Positions 10,665 to 19,781 of a stretch of 64,000 nt of DNA are shown piece by piece. Position 1 is the first letter of the stretch. Every line of letters begins with the position of its first letter. The stretch is from Bacillota bacterium (lineage in GTDB: Bacteria; Bacillota; Ch66; Ch109). Under the pieces are notes generated by a model. It was not told where the DNA came from, did not search any database, and was given only the letters and a program-made list of their open reading frames with translations. The DNA is taken from positions 1,504,001 through 1,568,000 of the forward strand of contig JBMNLH010000001.1 in the NCBI GenBank assembly GCA_050952625.1. Direction: 5' to 3'. The translations under genes were made by a program, and so were the position numbers.

Positions 10665-10770
10665 GAGGATGGCTTGCGGTCAACAAGCTACCCTCGGTAG
10701 GAGACGCAGTACACCGGGTTTATTTAAAATCATTCTTCGACTTAGCCAGGATCATCCTGGCTTATTTTTT
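10665..10770 (+). ncRNA. Putative small structured RNA
   Basis: TATAAT at 10655; hairpin GAGGATGGCTTG/CAAGCTACCCTC; second stem CGGT/ACCG; terminator AGCCAGG/CCTGGCT plus T-run; no ORF. Confidence 0.35.
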
Positions 10771-10915
10771 ATTCCGGTTGTAATGCCGCCGGTACCACAG
10801 AACAAAAATTCCTGTTAGCACCGCTGGAGCAATTACCAGATGAAAACACCGATACTAGGCCTTAGTTTTTCTATAAAAATAAAAAGCGCAGTTAAACTAC
10901 GCTTTAGCATTCCTC

Positions 10916-10951
10916 TTTGTCCGGCTATTTGTCCGGCTGTTTGTCCGTATA
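10916..10951. repeat. Three 12-bp direct repeats (TTTGTCCG core) beyond the tRNA-Pro 3' end; possible integrase arm-type sites
   Basis: tttgtccggcta / tttgtccggctg / tttgtccgtata, about 110 bp from the tRNA CCA end. Confidence 0.6.
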
Positions 10952-11061
10952 GTCAAGGAAACCCAGAGAAATCAAGGGATGCTTAGAGAACATTCTGCCT
11001 GGCCCTCTTCATTATGAAAAACCTGAAACCCTTGATTATAAAGGATTCTCTGGAAAATTAA

Positions 11062-11138
11062 TGGTCGGGATGACAGGATTTGAACCTGCGGCCTCTTGGT
11101 CCCGAACCAAGCGCTCTACCAAGCTGAGCCACATCCCG
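11062..11138 (-). tRNA. tRNA-Pro (anticodon CGG)
   Basis: CGGGATG acceptor stem, CTTGG-TTCGGGA-CCAAG anticodon arm, GTTCAAATC T-loop, encoded CCA. Confidence 0.97.
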
Positions 11139-11149
11139 ACGCAAGTTAC

Positions 11150-11178
11150 ATTCTACAACAGGATATAACCAAAGTCAA
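11150..11178 (-). promoter_or_regulatory. Sigma-A promoter of tRNA-Pro
   Basis: TTGACT-17nt-TAGAAT on the minus strand just upstream of the tRNA. Confidence 0.75.
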
Positions 11179-11306
11179 GACTAAGGTCTCTTACTTGTGT
11201 TTTAACTTATGAAAAATAGCAATAATACACAAGCTGCCAATTACCAAAAACACCTTGGAACATTATAATTAGTTTAACGATTAGATGATCATCATTAACT
11301 GATGGC

Positions 11307-11954
11307 TTACTCTTCTCTTTTTAATAAGCCGTCTGGTTGGGACTGATTCCTTCTATACACTACGTAACCAAGACCGGCAACTAAAAATAAAACTAAGATT
11401 ATTGGCAACCAGTAGTGCTGGATGGACCGGGACACTCTAAACCAGCCTTCACCTAGAAACCGACCCAAACTAACAAATAGAACAACCCAGAATATTCCGC
11501 CTATATAGGCATAAAGTGCAAAAGTACGGTAAGGCAAGTGACTTATGCCTGCAAAATAAGCCATAAAATGTCGAACACCCGGCACAAAATAACCGATAGG
11601 AAGAGCAAACTTGCCAAACCGGTTAAACCACTTCTCGACCTGATCAATTCTTTTTTGCGTCAGTCCAATCCGGTTTCCAAAACGATCTATAATGGGGATT
11701 CCAATGTTTCGTCCAATTAAAAAACTGATTGTTACTCCGGTTAAACTGCCGATAATGGCCGAAATAAGTGTTGGCACGTATTCCAGCCGACCAGCATACA
11801 CTAAATACCCGATAAAAACCATAACTGTTTCTTCTGGCAGCGGTAAGCCGACCATGCCACCGGCTAGAAACCAAAATATCGCTAAATAACCGTAGTGCGA
11901 AACCAGGACACTTGCATTTTCAAACATCATTACTGTAGGATTTTCAAACCTCAT
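11307..11954 (-). CDS. DedA family membrane protein
   Basis: GLPLPEE, F.R.G and FVPGVRH motifs; TM segments. Confidence 0.9.
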   Translation of the reverse strand: MRFENPTVMMFENASVLVSHYGYLAIFWFLAGGMVGLPLPEETVMVFIGYLVYAGRLEYVPTLISAIIGSLTGVTISFLIGRNIGIPIIDRFGNRIGLTQKRIDQVEKWFNRFGKFALPIGYFVPGVRHFMAYFAGISHLPYRTFALYAYIGGIFWVVLFVSLGRFLGEGWFRVSRSIQHYWLPIILVLFLVAGLGYVVYRRNQSQPDGLLKREE

Positions 11955-12006
11955 TCAATTTAAACAGTTTTTATTTCGACGATTTAATTGCTATTCCTGC
12001 TTTAAC

Positions 12007-12486
12007 TTATAAGTTTCTAAACATACGCTTCGGGTAGATGGTACTTTCAGGGGCAACCGGACAGAACCCCATTTTTGTCCAAAAAGGGACGCTGCTTTTA
12101 TAGGAATGAAGTAAAACTTTATTATAGCCAAGTTCCTGAATGATTAAGAACAGGCAATTAACCACTTTTTTCCCAATTCCCTTTCCTCGCTCTCCATTGG
12201 GAATACATAAGAAGTCAATATTTATGGTCTGGATTTCCGCAATAAACTTAACCTGGAGTTGAGTGACTTTAAGATAATGTCGTTGGTGACGTAACGGCTT
12301 TGAAGCATCTCGCTCCCAGCAATAGATCCGACTGAGCGAGCGATCCGGAATGTGCCCGTTCTTTTCTTTGGAAAAACCGCTTACCACTAACCGCCAGCAA
12401 ATTGCTTCATCTAGAGCAGATTGAAGTGTTTCCGCGACCTGATCAAGGTGGTAATCAGTCGGCCATTTGGCTATTTTTTGGTTCAT
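12007..12486 (-). CDS. GNAT-family N-acetyltransferase-like protein
   Basis: RGKGIGKK acetyl-CoA motif and FWTKMGF; ATG at 12486 with GAGGTG SD. Confidence 0.65.
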   Translation of the reverse strand: MNQKIAKWPTDYHLDQVAETLQSALDEAICWRLVVSGFSKEKNGHIPDRSLSRIYCWERDASKPLRHQRHYLKVTQLQVKFIAEIQTINIDFLCIPNGERGKGIGKKVVNCLFLIIQELGYNKVLLHSYKSSVPFWTKMGFCPVAPESTIYPKRMFRNL

Positions 12487-12501
12487 CCGGCACCTCTCTT
12501 T

Positions 12502-12643
12502 CTTTTCGTGCGCCCCCCATGCCGGTGGGGCACAACACCGATACACGCCTCACCCCTTAACTTCTTTGCGTCTTACGCAATTTATTCTTGTTAGCTTCTT
12601 GTTAGACATCCATACCCGCTAGACACAACCACCAATGAAAAGA
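12502..12643 (+). repeat. Two degenerate copies of the CATG-hairpin-CACAACCAC-ATGAAAAT site
   Basis: ccccatgccggtggggcacaacac at ~12515 and catccatacccgctagacacaaccaccaatgaaaa at ~12607. Confidence 0.55.
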
Positions 12644-12809
12644 ACACAACAATAAAAATCAATAAAAATAAAAGCGTTATTTACTTGTCCTCATGATTAC
12701 AACCACGGATAAAAATATCTTATATTCCTACCAAAATACTGATTTAAACACAAGGCCAACGAACAATCGAGGCAGAGGGTTTTTGGCCTCTGCCTCTAAT
12801 CATTCATCT

Positions 12810-14564
12810 TTAGTTCAAATTTATATGAGCACTGCCGGTATTCGCATCCCAGAAAACCTTCCCGCCCAAGGCCTGACTAACAAACCGGAGGGGGACGAGA
12901 GTCCGTTCTTCCTGGATCTTCGCCGGAACATCCAGTTTGACATTTTTCCCGTTCACTTTAGCCCGAGTAGAACCGATCGGCAACTCAACCTTAGTCTTAC
13001 CTTTCGTGGCTATTACGGTCCTGGTTTCGCCTTCCCAACCAACCTCAGCCCCCAGGGCTTCAAAAATTTTTCGGACAGGCACCAGGATTCGGTCATTTTC
13101 CATGGTTGGCGGGACCTCTGCTAGTTCGAAATAGATTCTCTCGTCGTTGATAAAGATAGGAATTTGATTAAGAACCACCAATCCAGCACTAATTCCCCGT
13201 TCCCGACCGTCTGACAGGGAATTGGCGATGTCACCCATGACTAATAACTCGGAAGAACCTCCGCCATCCAGGGCCATCGCTTCTACCGCCCCAAGTTCCA
13301 GCATTATATCGGCTAATTCGTCAAAAGTTACGCCGACGCTAGTTTCTTGTCGGCCATCCACCACGACCATCAGGACTTCTCCTTTAGCCGTCAACCCAAT
13401 GGCGGTGCGAGGGTGACGAGCCCAGAGGCCGCTATCTAATCCTTCTTTATTAATCGGTACAGTCTTGCAGCCCTTGCTTAACAGTTGGGGGCCGTTGGAG
13501 ATCATATGTAAGATATCTGGTTTATCTTTCAGATCCACCTCTAAAACAACCGTATCGCCGACGCTAAAGTGTTGGGCATAGTTCGTACACGTTCCTTTGA
13601 AGGAAATCACGACCCCACCCGGCGGAATAGTTGTGCTGCCATTAATTATTTCAGCAACTTTAAGCTTGCCTTGGAAATCTTTTTTCAGAACTAGCTCAGT
13701 ACAAATTCCTCCATCTTCCCCATTATTAGTCGTATTTTGGCCAAACATTGAGTTGTAAACTGCTATGCCATTAGCTGTTTCGCAAGGACGATTCATGGCA
13801 TCCACCCGGAAGATTAATTTCTTGTCGGGCAAGCGGAGAGTAGTATAGGGCAAAAATTGATCGATGTAGATGTCCTTATTAGTTGTGATGATCAATGAAG
13901 TTGCTGCTCTGGGACTCTGTACCATCAACTTCTGATCAATTATTGTCGTGTCAATGACACTCCGTTGGCCGCCCGGATAAAAGAACGGACCGTTGATCGC
14001 CGCAATCGCGCCGTAGGGCTGACTGATATTAGTCAGGGTGCTTAGCTTGTTAAACCCGTCTCCAGCGAGGACTGGCCTGATCTCTACCCAGGGCTGATTG
14101 GGATCCACCTTAACATAATGAATATTAACCGGGCTATTATCACTGAGAACCTTGGCCATTGAGGAGTAGCTTATTCCCTTGTCTAAGGTCTTGGTTTCCA
14201 GTAAAACTGGTTTGGTAGAAACCGGGGGCTGACTGATTGAGCTAGGCATAGTGGAATTACTATTTGTTGGGGGACTGCCGTTGTCGGTCCTAGTATCACT
14301 GCTTGATGGTGCCGGTTCACTATCAGAAGTCAAATCATTACTATCGTTACTTTTCTTATTATCATTACTATCTATTAATGAATTGTCAGGATTGCTCAAA
14401 GAGGTGTCTTCATTCTGGGCAACGCTAGTAATCTTAGCTTTAACCGACTCACTTGGAACCTCTGCCCCCAGAGGCAACGCAACCCCCAGATTAAATAAGA
14501 AGAGAAAAGCGGTTATGCCGCCAGCTGCTTTCAGTCGACTTCGTTTAAAAGACTCAAGAACCAT
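12810..14564 (-). CDS. Secreted phosphodiester glycosidase (NAGPA-like) with C-terminal copper-amine-oxidase-N (stalk) domain
   Basis: Signal peptide, Ser/Asn-rich linker, AAINGPFF, HPRTAIG, VDGRQ, ALDGGGSS; C-terminal RTLVPLRFVSQALG. Confidence 0.88.
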   Translation of the reverse strand: MVLESFKRSRLKAAGGITAFLFLFNLGVALPLGAEVPSESVKAKITSVAQNEDTSLSNPDNSLIDSNDNKKSNDSNDLTSDSEPAPSSSDTRTDNGSPPTNSNSTMPSSISQPPVSTKPVLLETKTLDKGISYSSMAKVLSDNSPVNIHYVKVDPNQPWVEIRPVLAGDGFNKLSTLTNISQPYGAIAAINGPFFYPGGQRSVIDTTIIDQKLMVQSPRAATSLIITTNKDIYIDQFLPYTTLRLPDKKLIFRVDAMNRPCETANGIAVYNSMFGQNTTNNGEDGGICTELVLKKDFQGKLKVAEIINGSTTIPPGGVVISFKGTCTNYAQHFSVGDTVVLEVDLKDKPDILHMISNGPQLLSKGCKTVPINKEGLDSGLWARHPRTAIGLTAKGEVLMVVVDGRQETSVGVTFDELADIMLELGAVEAMALDGGGSSELLVMGDIANSLSDGRERGISAGLVVLNQIPIFINDERIYFELAEVPPTMENDRILVPVRKIFEALGAEVGWEGETRTVIATKGKTKVELPIGSTRAKVNGKNVKLDVPAKIQEERTLVPLRFVSQALGGKVFWDANTGSAHINLN

Positions 14565-14732
14565 TTTTAACCTCCTTAAATTCTACGTATAATAGCTGAT
14601 TCAACATTCCAGTTTAATTCCATTTTACTTTATAACGTTACAAACACTATGAGGGAAACACAAAACCGAACTATTTATATTCGACTTGGTCTATAGTTAT
14701 TTGACCACCCAGGCTCATAAATTGTTCCCTAA

Positions 14733-14794
14733 GTGAACTCGTTCAGCTTCACCGAAGATCGAGAGTTTAGAGGGGGTCTGCTCTACTTGAAGTT
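14733..14794 (-). mobile_element. Degenerate non-autonomous IS200/IS605/IS607-like right-end element
   Basis: Minus strand aacttcaagtagagcagacc...gaagctgaacgagttcac aligns with the copy at 36060-36123. Confidence 0.6.
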
Positions 14795-14892
14795 TAAGCC
14801 CGGATTTGTCATTTTTAGTATAATACCACCTGTATGAAGGCTTTTAGAATTCGTATTAAAAATGGAAAAACTCAAAAATCGCTTAGATCTCA

Positions 14893-16185
14893 TTAATTTC
14901 CACCGAGAATTAAGCGATTCAAATCATCCCAGAACCCGGGATACGAAATGTTAACGGCCTCTGCTCGAGTTAAGCGAACCGGGTCCAGGGTCAGCAGTCC
15001 GGCAATTCCCATGGCCATGGCTAAGCGGTGATCCCCGAAGGAATCCACTTCGGCACCGTTAAACTTGGCTGAACCTCGCACCCAAAAGCCATCGGACATT
15101 TCTTCTATCTCAACCCCAAGGGCTCTTAGGTTATCACAGATTGCTTTAATCCGGTCCGTCTCTTTAACCCGCAACTCCTGAGCACCGCGCACCACTGACT
15201 CGCCCTTAGCACTCGCCATAGCCACGGCCAGGATCGGTATTTCATCAATTAAGGTCGGGATTATCTCTCCCCCGATATCTACTCCCTTTAGGGGGGCAGA
15301 CCGGACGATCAGGTCAGCTACGGCTTCTCCACCAAGCAGCCGCTCATTAATCGTTTGGATTGAGGCACCCATCTGACGCAGCACCTTAATTACCCCGGTT
15401 CGGCTTGGATTAATGCCGACATCCCGCAAGATGAGCTCAGAACCAGGCACCAGACTGGCGGCCACCAGCCAAAAGGCCGCTGAGGAGATATCGCCGGGAA
15501 TCGTATATTCCTGGGGTGACAGTTCATGACCGCCGGTTAAGTGGATAACCTTGTCCTTTACTTGAAGTCTAGCCCCCATCGCTTTGAGCATTCTTTCTGT
15601 ATGATCCCGGGAAGGAGCCAGTTCCCTTATTTCTGTCTCTCCCTCAATCCCTAAGGCAGCTAGCAATATGGCGGATTTGACTTGGGCACTGGCGACCGGC
15701 AAGCGATAACTGATTGGGCGCAGTTGCCCCCCTTTAATAACCAACGGGGCGTAGACCCCATTTTTTCGACCTTCAATACTAGTTCCCATGAGCATTAACG
15801 GTTTGATTACCCGACCCATGGGTCGATTCCGCAAAGAATCATCACCCGTAAGGATCGTCAAAAAGGAATAGCTGGCCACCATACCAGCTAATAGGCGCAT
15901 AGTCGTTCCTGAGTTACCGCAATCCAGAACATTTGATGGTTCTCGCAAGCCTCGAAGGCCGTTTCCATGCACTTCCAAGACTTTTTCCTTATCTTCTACC
16001 GTAATGCCTAAACCTCGAAGACAACGAACAGTCGCTAGGGTATCCTCGGACCGCAGGAAATTTCGAACTATGCTTCGTCCTTGGGCCAAGGCACCAAAGA
16101 TAACCGCCCGGTGGGAGATAGACTTGTCTGGCGGAACGTGCAGTTCACCAGTTAATGGGCTGCCGCCTTGAATCATAACATCCAT
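14893..16185 (-). CDS. aroA: 3-phosphoshikimate 1-carboxyvinyltransferase
   Basis: DKSISHR, DCGNSGTTMRL, ASAQVKS, RDHTE, LRVKETDR, DHRLAM motifs. Confidence 0.97.
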   Translation of the reverse strand: MDVMIQGGSPLTGELHVPPDKSISHRAVIFGALAQGRSIVRNFLRSEDTLATVRCLRGLGITVEDKEKVLEVHGNGLRGLREPSNVLDCGNSGTTMRLLAGMVASYSFLTILTGDDSLRNRPMGRVIKPLMLMGTSIEGRKNGVYAPLVIKGGQLRPISYRLPVASAQVKSAILLAALGIEGETEIRELAPSRDHTERMLKAMGARLQVKDKVIHLTGGHELSPQEYTIPGDISSAAFWLVAASLVPGSELILRDVGINPSRTGVIKVLRQMGASIQTINERLLGGEAVADLIVRSAPLKGVDIGGEIIPTLIDEIPILAVAMASAKGESVVRGAQELRVKETDRIKAICDNLRALGVEIEEMSDGFWVRGSAKFNGAEVDSFGDHRLAMAMGIAGLLTLDPVRLTRAEAVNISYPGFWDDLNRLILGGN

Positions 16186-16297
16186 TTGAGACTACTCCTT
16201 AAAACAAATCGTATTGTGCTTAAAGAATATAATACCATTAGTATTGCCATCCTATGTCAGCCAATGACAAAAAGAGTTAATCCTCGGGCTTGGGCGG

Positions 16298-16732
16298 TTA
16301 TAATGCAAAGACTAATCCTAAAGTAATAAGAATATGAATGGCAAAAAAACGAGCACTCAATCTTTCAATTCGCCAATCCATCAAATTGGAACTAAACTCG
16401 GCTTTTCCGGCTAATACTCTCAAAACGGGGATTAACTTTAGGCCATGCCAGATCTCGAAGGTAATGAATAAACCGGTTAAGATGCGATAAAGGGGTATAT
16501 TAATCCCGATCAAGGCTAAAACAAAATAGCCGCCTTCTAATAATAATGCCAAACCAATCAGAAAAACAAAAAGGTTAACTGGGACCGGTTCAGTACTAGT
16601 TATAGTCTCTAATTCTTCAAGCAGCATTTCTTCAAATCGTTCGGGCTGGCCACGAAGAATCTGAATAAGGTAGTAAGCGTAGAAGACTAGAATTAACGTC
16701 CCAAAAATTACCAACCATCCTTTAACCCACAT
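16298..16732 (-). CDS. Hypothetical membrane protein (~4 TM)
   Basis: Hydrophobic segments; GAGGGA SD before GTG. Confidence 0.7.
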   Translation of the reverse strand: MWVKGWLVIFGTLILVFYAYYLIQILRGQPERFEEMLLEELETITSTEPVPVNLFVFLIGLALLLEGGYFVLALIGINIPLYRILTGLFITFEIWHGLKLIPVLRVLAGKAEFSSNLMDWRIERLSARFFAIHILITLGLVFAL

Positions 16733-16927
16733 TTAATTAATCCCTCTTTTCATCAAACTAAACTCTGAAATAATAACACTTATTGGTTTACTCCGCAGCA
16801 GTTTACTCCGGCGGCCGGCTAAACGGGAAAAACCGCTGGCCTCGGTCATTCATCGAACTCATGCGGTGTGGGGTATTGCTATAAGGAGTTTTTAATCAGC
16901 AAATTAGCAGTTTTTAAACAGAGATTT

Positions 16928-16954
16928 ATTCTGCAAGCAAATTATAAATCCTGC
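16928..16954 (-). promoter_or_regulatory. Sigma-H-like promoter
   Basis: GCAGGA-17nt-GAAT, same spacing as B. subtilis spoVG. Confidence 0.6.
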
Positions 16955-17037
16955 CTAAAACAAAAACACCTGCCAAAAAAGTTGAAGGTGTTATTGAAGG
17001 TGTCGAGGTATTCAGCTAACCTCAGCCGGTCATGTTA

Positions 17038-18144
17038 TTACTGATTATACTCGTTATCTGCTTGCAGCCTGCTTTTTTGGCGAGCATTTTTTAGTACGTT
17101 CCGATAATGCACCTGACTAAGCACCTGTTCATTAAAACGTAAAGCAGCCAGTCGGAAGCCGTGTTTGAGGGACAGTTGATAAATCTCAGTTATTCTCTCT
17201 GGTTGGTACTCCCGGCCAAGACTATAGCTGTCAAATCGCTCCTCTAAAGCCAGAATCATGGTTTCCGCCATACAGGCGTAGGTTAAACGCGGGGGAAAAC
17301 CAAAGTTAAAACCAAAATCCACATCGCCGGGAACTTCCAGAACCCCGCCATCAAAAACCAGAACATCATCTCGTTCCTGCGCGACCCGCTCCGAGGTATC
17401 CCGCGGCCGGGCAACATCGCAGATGATTGCCCCCGGTTTTAAGTATTCGGGCTGGATTAAGGCCCCGGGAGAACTGGAGGTCGCCAGGATTACGTCAGCC
17501 TTTCTCACTGACTCAGCCACGTTGGTCGAGTAGTCTACTGAGATTGACTCACCATAATACCGACGAATTAATTTGGCTGTTTCCTCAAGACGCGGTTCAT
17601 TTCGAGCCATCAGGGTCAGGTTATGGACTTCATTAGCCAGGATACTGGAAACAGCTAACCCGATTGAACCAGTCGCTCCCACCACCACTACGGTCGCTTT
17701 CTTCAGGTCAATGTCCATAATCTGGGCCGCCTGTCGGGTACCGGCAATCGCGGTGGCCGCGGTTAGGCTGTTGCCAGTAGTTACACCAATCTTCAAATGG
17801 CGGGCGACGGTTAATCCGGCATCACCAACCACTGAAGTAAAAGCACCCAAGCCCAGTATGCGAGCTCCTAATTTTTCCGCTAGCTTTCCCGCTTCAATAA
17901 TTCGCTGTAAAACGAAAGAAGCGGGCAGTTCCACCATCTGACGAGAAGTTAAGGTTATGGCCAGAAAATTACCTCTTGTTTTCGCGTGTTTCGATTCAAC
18001 TCCGGTAATTTCCGATATCCGCAGGGGCGGGAGTTTCGTCAGCAGCCGATTAATCCATGCTTGGGGGAGATGCTTTATCAACTTATATTTCCGATAAAAA
18101 TCGTCAATAGTGAGCGGATGGATTAGGAAAGCAAATTGATTCAT
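17038..18144 (-). CDS. Acyl-ACP reductase (AAR)-like NAD(P)-binding protein (COG5322-type)
   Basis: FAFLIHP, TTGNSLTA, VVGATGSIG, YACMAETMILALE (catalytic-type Cys) and YSLGR parallel cyanobacterial AAR motifs. Confidence 0.8.
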   Translation of the reverse strand: MNQFAFLIHPLTIDDFYRKYKLIKHLPQAWINRLLTKLPPLRISEITGVESKHAKTRGNFLAITLTSRQMVELPASFVLQRIIEAGKLAEKLGARILGLGAFTSVVGDAGLTVARHLKIGVTTGNSLTAATAIAGTRQAAQIMDIDLKKATVVVVGATGSIGLAVSSILANEVHNLTLMARNEPRLEETAKLIRRYYGESISVDYSTNVAESVRKADVILATSSSPGALIQPEYLKPGAIICDVARPRDTSERVAQERDDVLVFDGGVLEVPGDVDFGFNFGFPPRLTYACMAETMILALEERFDSYSLGREYQPERITEIYQLSLKHGFRLAALRFNEQVLSQVHYRNVLKNARQKSRLQADNEYNQ

Positions 18145-18242
18145 TAAACGACTGATCCTCCGTTTTTTTCGATTACGTATTTATGCCTATTAGGCATTTA
18201 TTATCCTATTTTTCACATGACAAATATGGATTAATAAGTCAA

Positions 18243-19643
18243 CTAACGTCCAATCAGACCTTTAACGGCTGATCGGGCACCCCGCCAGGCTAATGACGCG
18301 ATTCCCTGGTTGACAAAAATCTGTTCCAGAGCAGAAATCACATAATCAATCTGTGACCGCTCAATAATCAGGGGGGGCTCCAGTCGGATAACGTTTGGAT
18401 TATTAAGGGTATAAGCAGTGATTATTCCATGTTGCTCTAGTAATTGACCGGCCACGATTGAGGCAAAGTATTCTTCCGCTAATTTCTTGACTGTTCCACC
18501 GGTGAGGGTATTCAGGAGACGTGAGTTTGGTGAAGCAAACTCAATACCAATTAACAAGCCCCGGCCACGAACCTCAGCCATGACGGGGTATTTTTGGGCT
18601 AACTCTTGCAGTCTTTCGAGAAAGTAGCATCCGTTAATGCGGGCTTTATTAGCCAGATCTTCTTCGATCAGCAACTGAATAGAGGCCATCGCCCCGGCCG
18701 CGGCTAGGGTATTGCCCCCAAAAGTAGAGGTGTGCAGGGCCGCTCGTTCCATCCGACCGTAGCCAGCCTCCCAAATTTTATCCGTCGTGATATAGGCACC
18801 AATCGGCATCATGCCCCCGCCCAGCGACTTGCCCAAACACAGAATATCTGGTACTACCTGTTCCTCTTCACAGGCAAATACTGACCCGGTCCGGCCAAAA
18901 CCGGTCTGGATTTCATCAAGAATTAGCAAGGTCCCGTAACGGGAACATAGGTCTCGCACCGCTGCAAGGTATCCTGACGGCGGAACCCGAACGCCGGCTT
19001 CCCCTTGAATCGGCTCCAAGATAACCGCCGCCACATCTTTACGAGCCAATCGGGTTTCCAGTCGGGTCACGTCGCCAAATGGGACCGCCTCTACCGCCGG
19101 AACCAGGGGTTCAAACGGGGTTTGATATCTAGCGCGGCCGGTGACTGATAAAGCCCCAAACGTTTTGCCGTGAAAAGAGTTTTCCGCATGAATAATCGTT
19201 TTCCGGCTAGTAGCGATCCGGGCTAGCTTTAAGGCTCCCTCGACTGCTTCTGCACCACTATTGCCAAAAAATGACCGATTCAAAGCCCCTGGCGTAATCT
19301 TGGCCAGATTAGCGGCCAGCAGGCTAGCCACCACCCCCATTGAGGCCTGCAGGAGATTGGGAAAATCCATGACCTTTTCTAAGGCCTGCCATATTTCTGG
19401 GCGATTATGCCCAAAATTCATCGCCCCGTAGGCCCCTAACAAGTCAAGGTAGCGGCGGCCAGTATCATCCCAGATATACATCCCCTCAGCTCGAACATAT
19501 TTTCGATCAAAACCAATCAACCGTAACATATTGTATAACTCCGGGTTAACATGTTGGCGGTATAGTTCTCCTAACTGCTCCCGCGAGATGATAGTGGCAT
19601 CTTCCAAACGATATAAATCTACTTTTTCCTTCAGTCTAGCCAT
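18243..19643 (-). CDS. Class III PLP-dependent aminotransferase
   Basis: NSGAEAVEGA, SFHGKT, EPIQGEAG, DEIQTGFGRTG, LGKSLGGG, HTSTFGGN; ATG at 19643 with AGGAGG SD. Confidence 0.92.
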   Translation of the reverse strand: MARLKEKVDLYRLEDATIISREQLGELYRQHVNPELYNMLRLIGFDRKYVRAEGMYIWDDTGRRYLDLLGAYGAMNFGHNRPEIWQALEKVMDFPNLLQASMGVVASLLAANLAKITPGALNRSFFGNSGAEAVEGALKLARIATSRKTIIHAENSFHGKTFGALSVTGRARYQTPFEPLVPAVEAVPFGDVTRLETRLARKDVAAVILEPIQGEAGVRVPPSGYLAAVRDLCSRYGTLLILDEIQTGFGRTGSVFACEEEQVVPDILCLGKSLGGGMMPIGAYITTDKIWEAGYGRMERAALHTSTFGGNTLAAAGAMASIQLLIEEDLANKARINGCYFLERLQELAQKYPVMAEVRGRGLLIGIEFASPNSRLLNTLTGGTVKKLAEEYFASIVAGQLLEQHGIITAYTLNNPNVIRLEPPLIIERSQIDYVISALEQIFVNQGIASLAWRGARSAVKGLIGR

Positions 19644-19781
19644 GGATATCCTCCTGTTGTGCACAATTTTGTACACATAATCTACATAATAGATTATACA
19701 TATATTTTTCAATTTTATGCAAGGAAATTTTTTCTATAATAGGGTTCTTTCAGTGATTATTGGAATGCTAGGTCAAGGCTA

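Noticed and set aside
16790-16880. ZTP (pfl) riboswitch
   Set aside because: AGCCGGCCGCCGGAG only loosely resembles the 3' element, and the 5' GACTGGCGGA pseudoknot partner is missing
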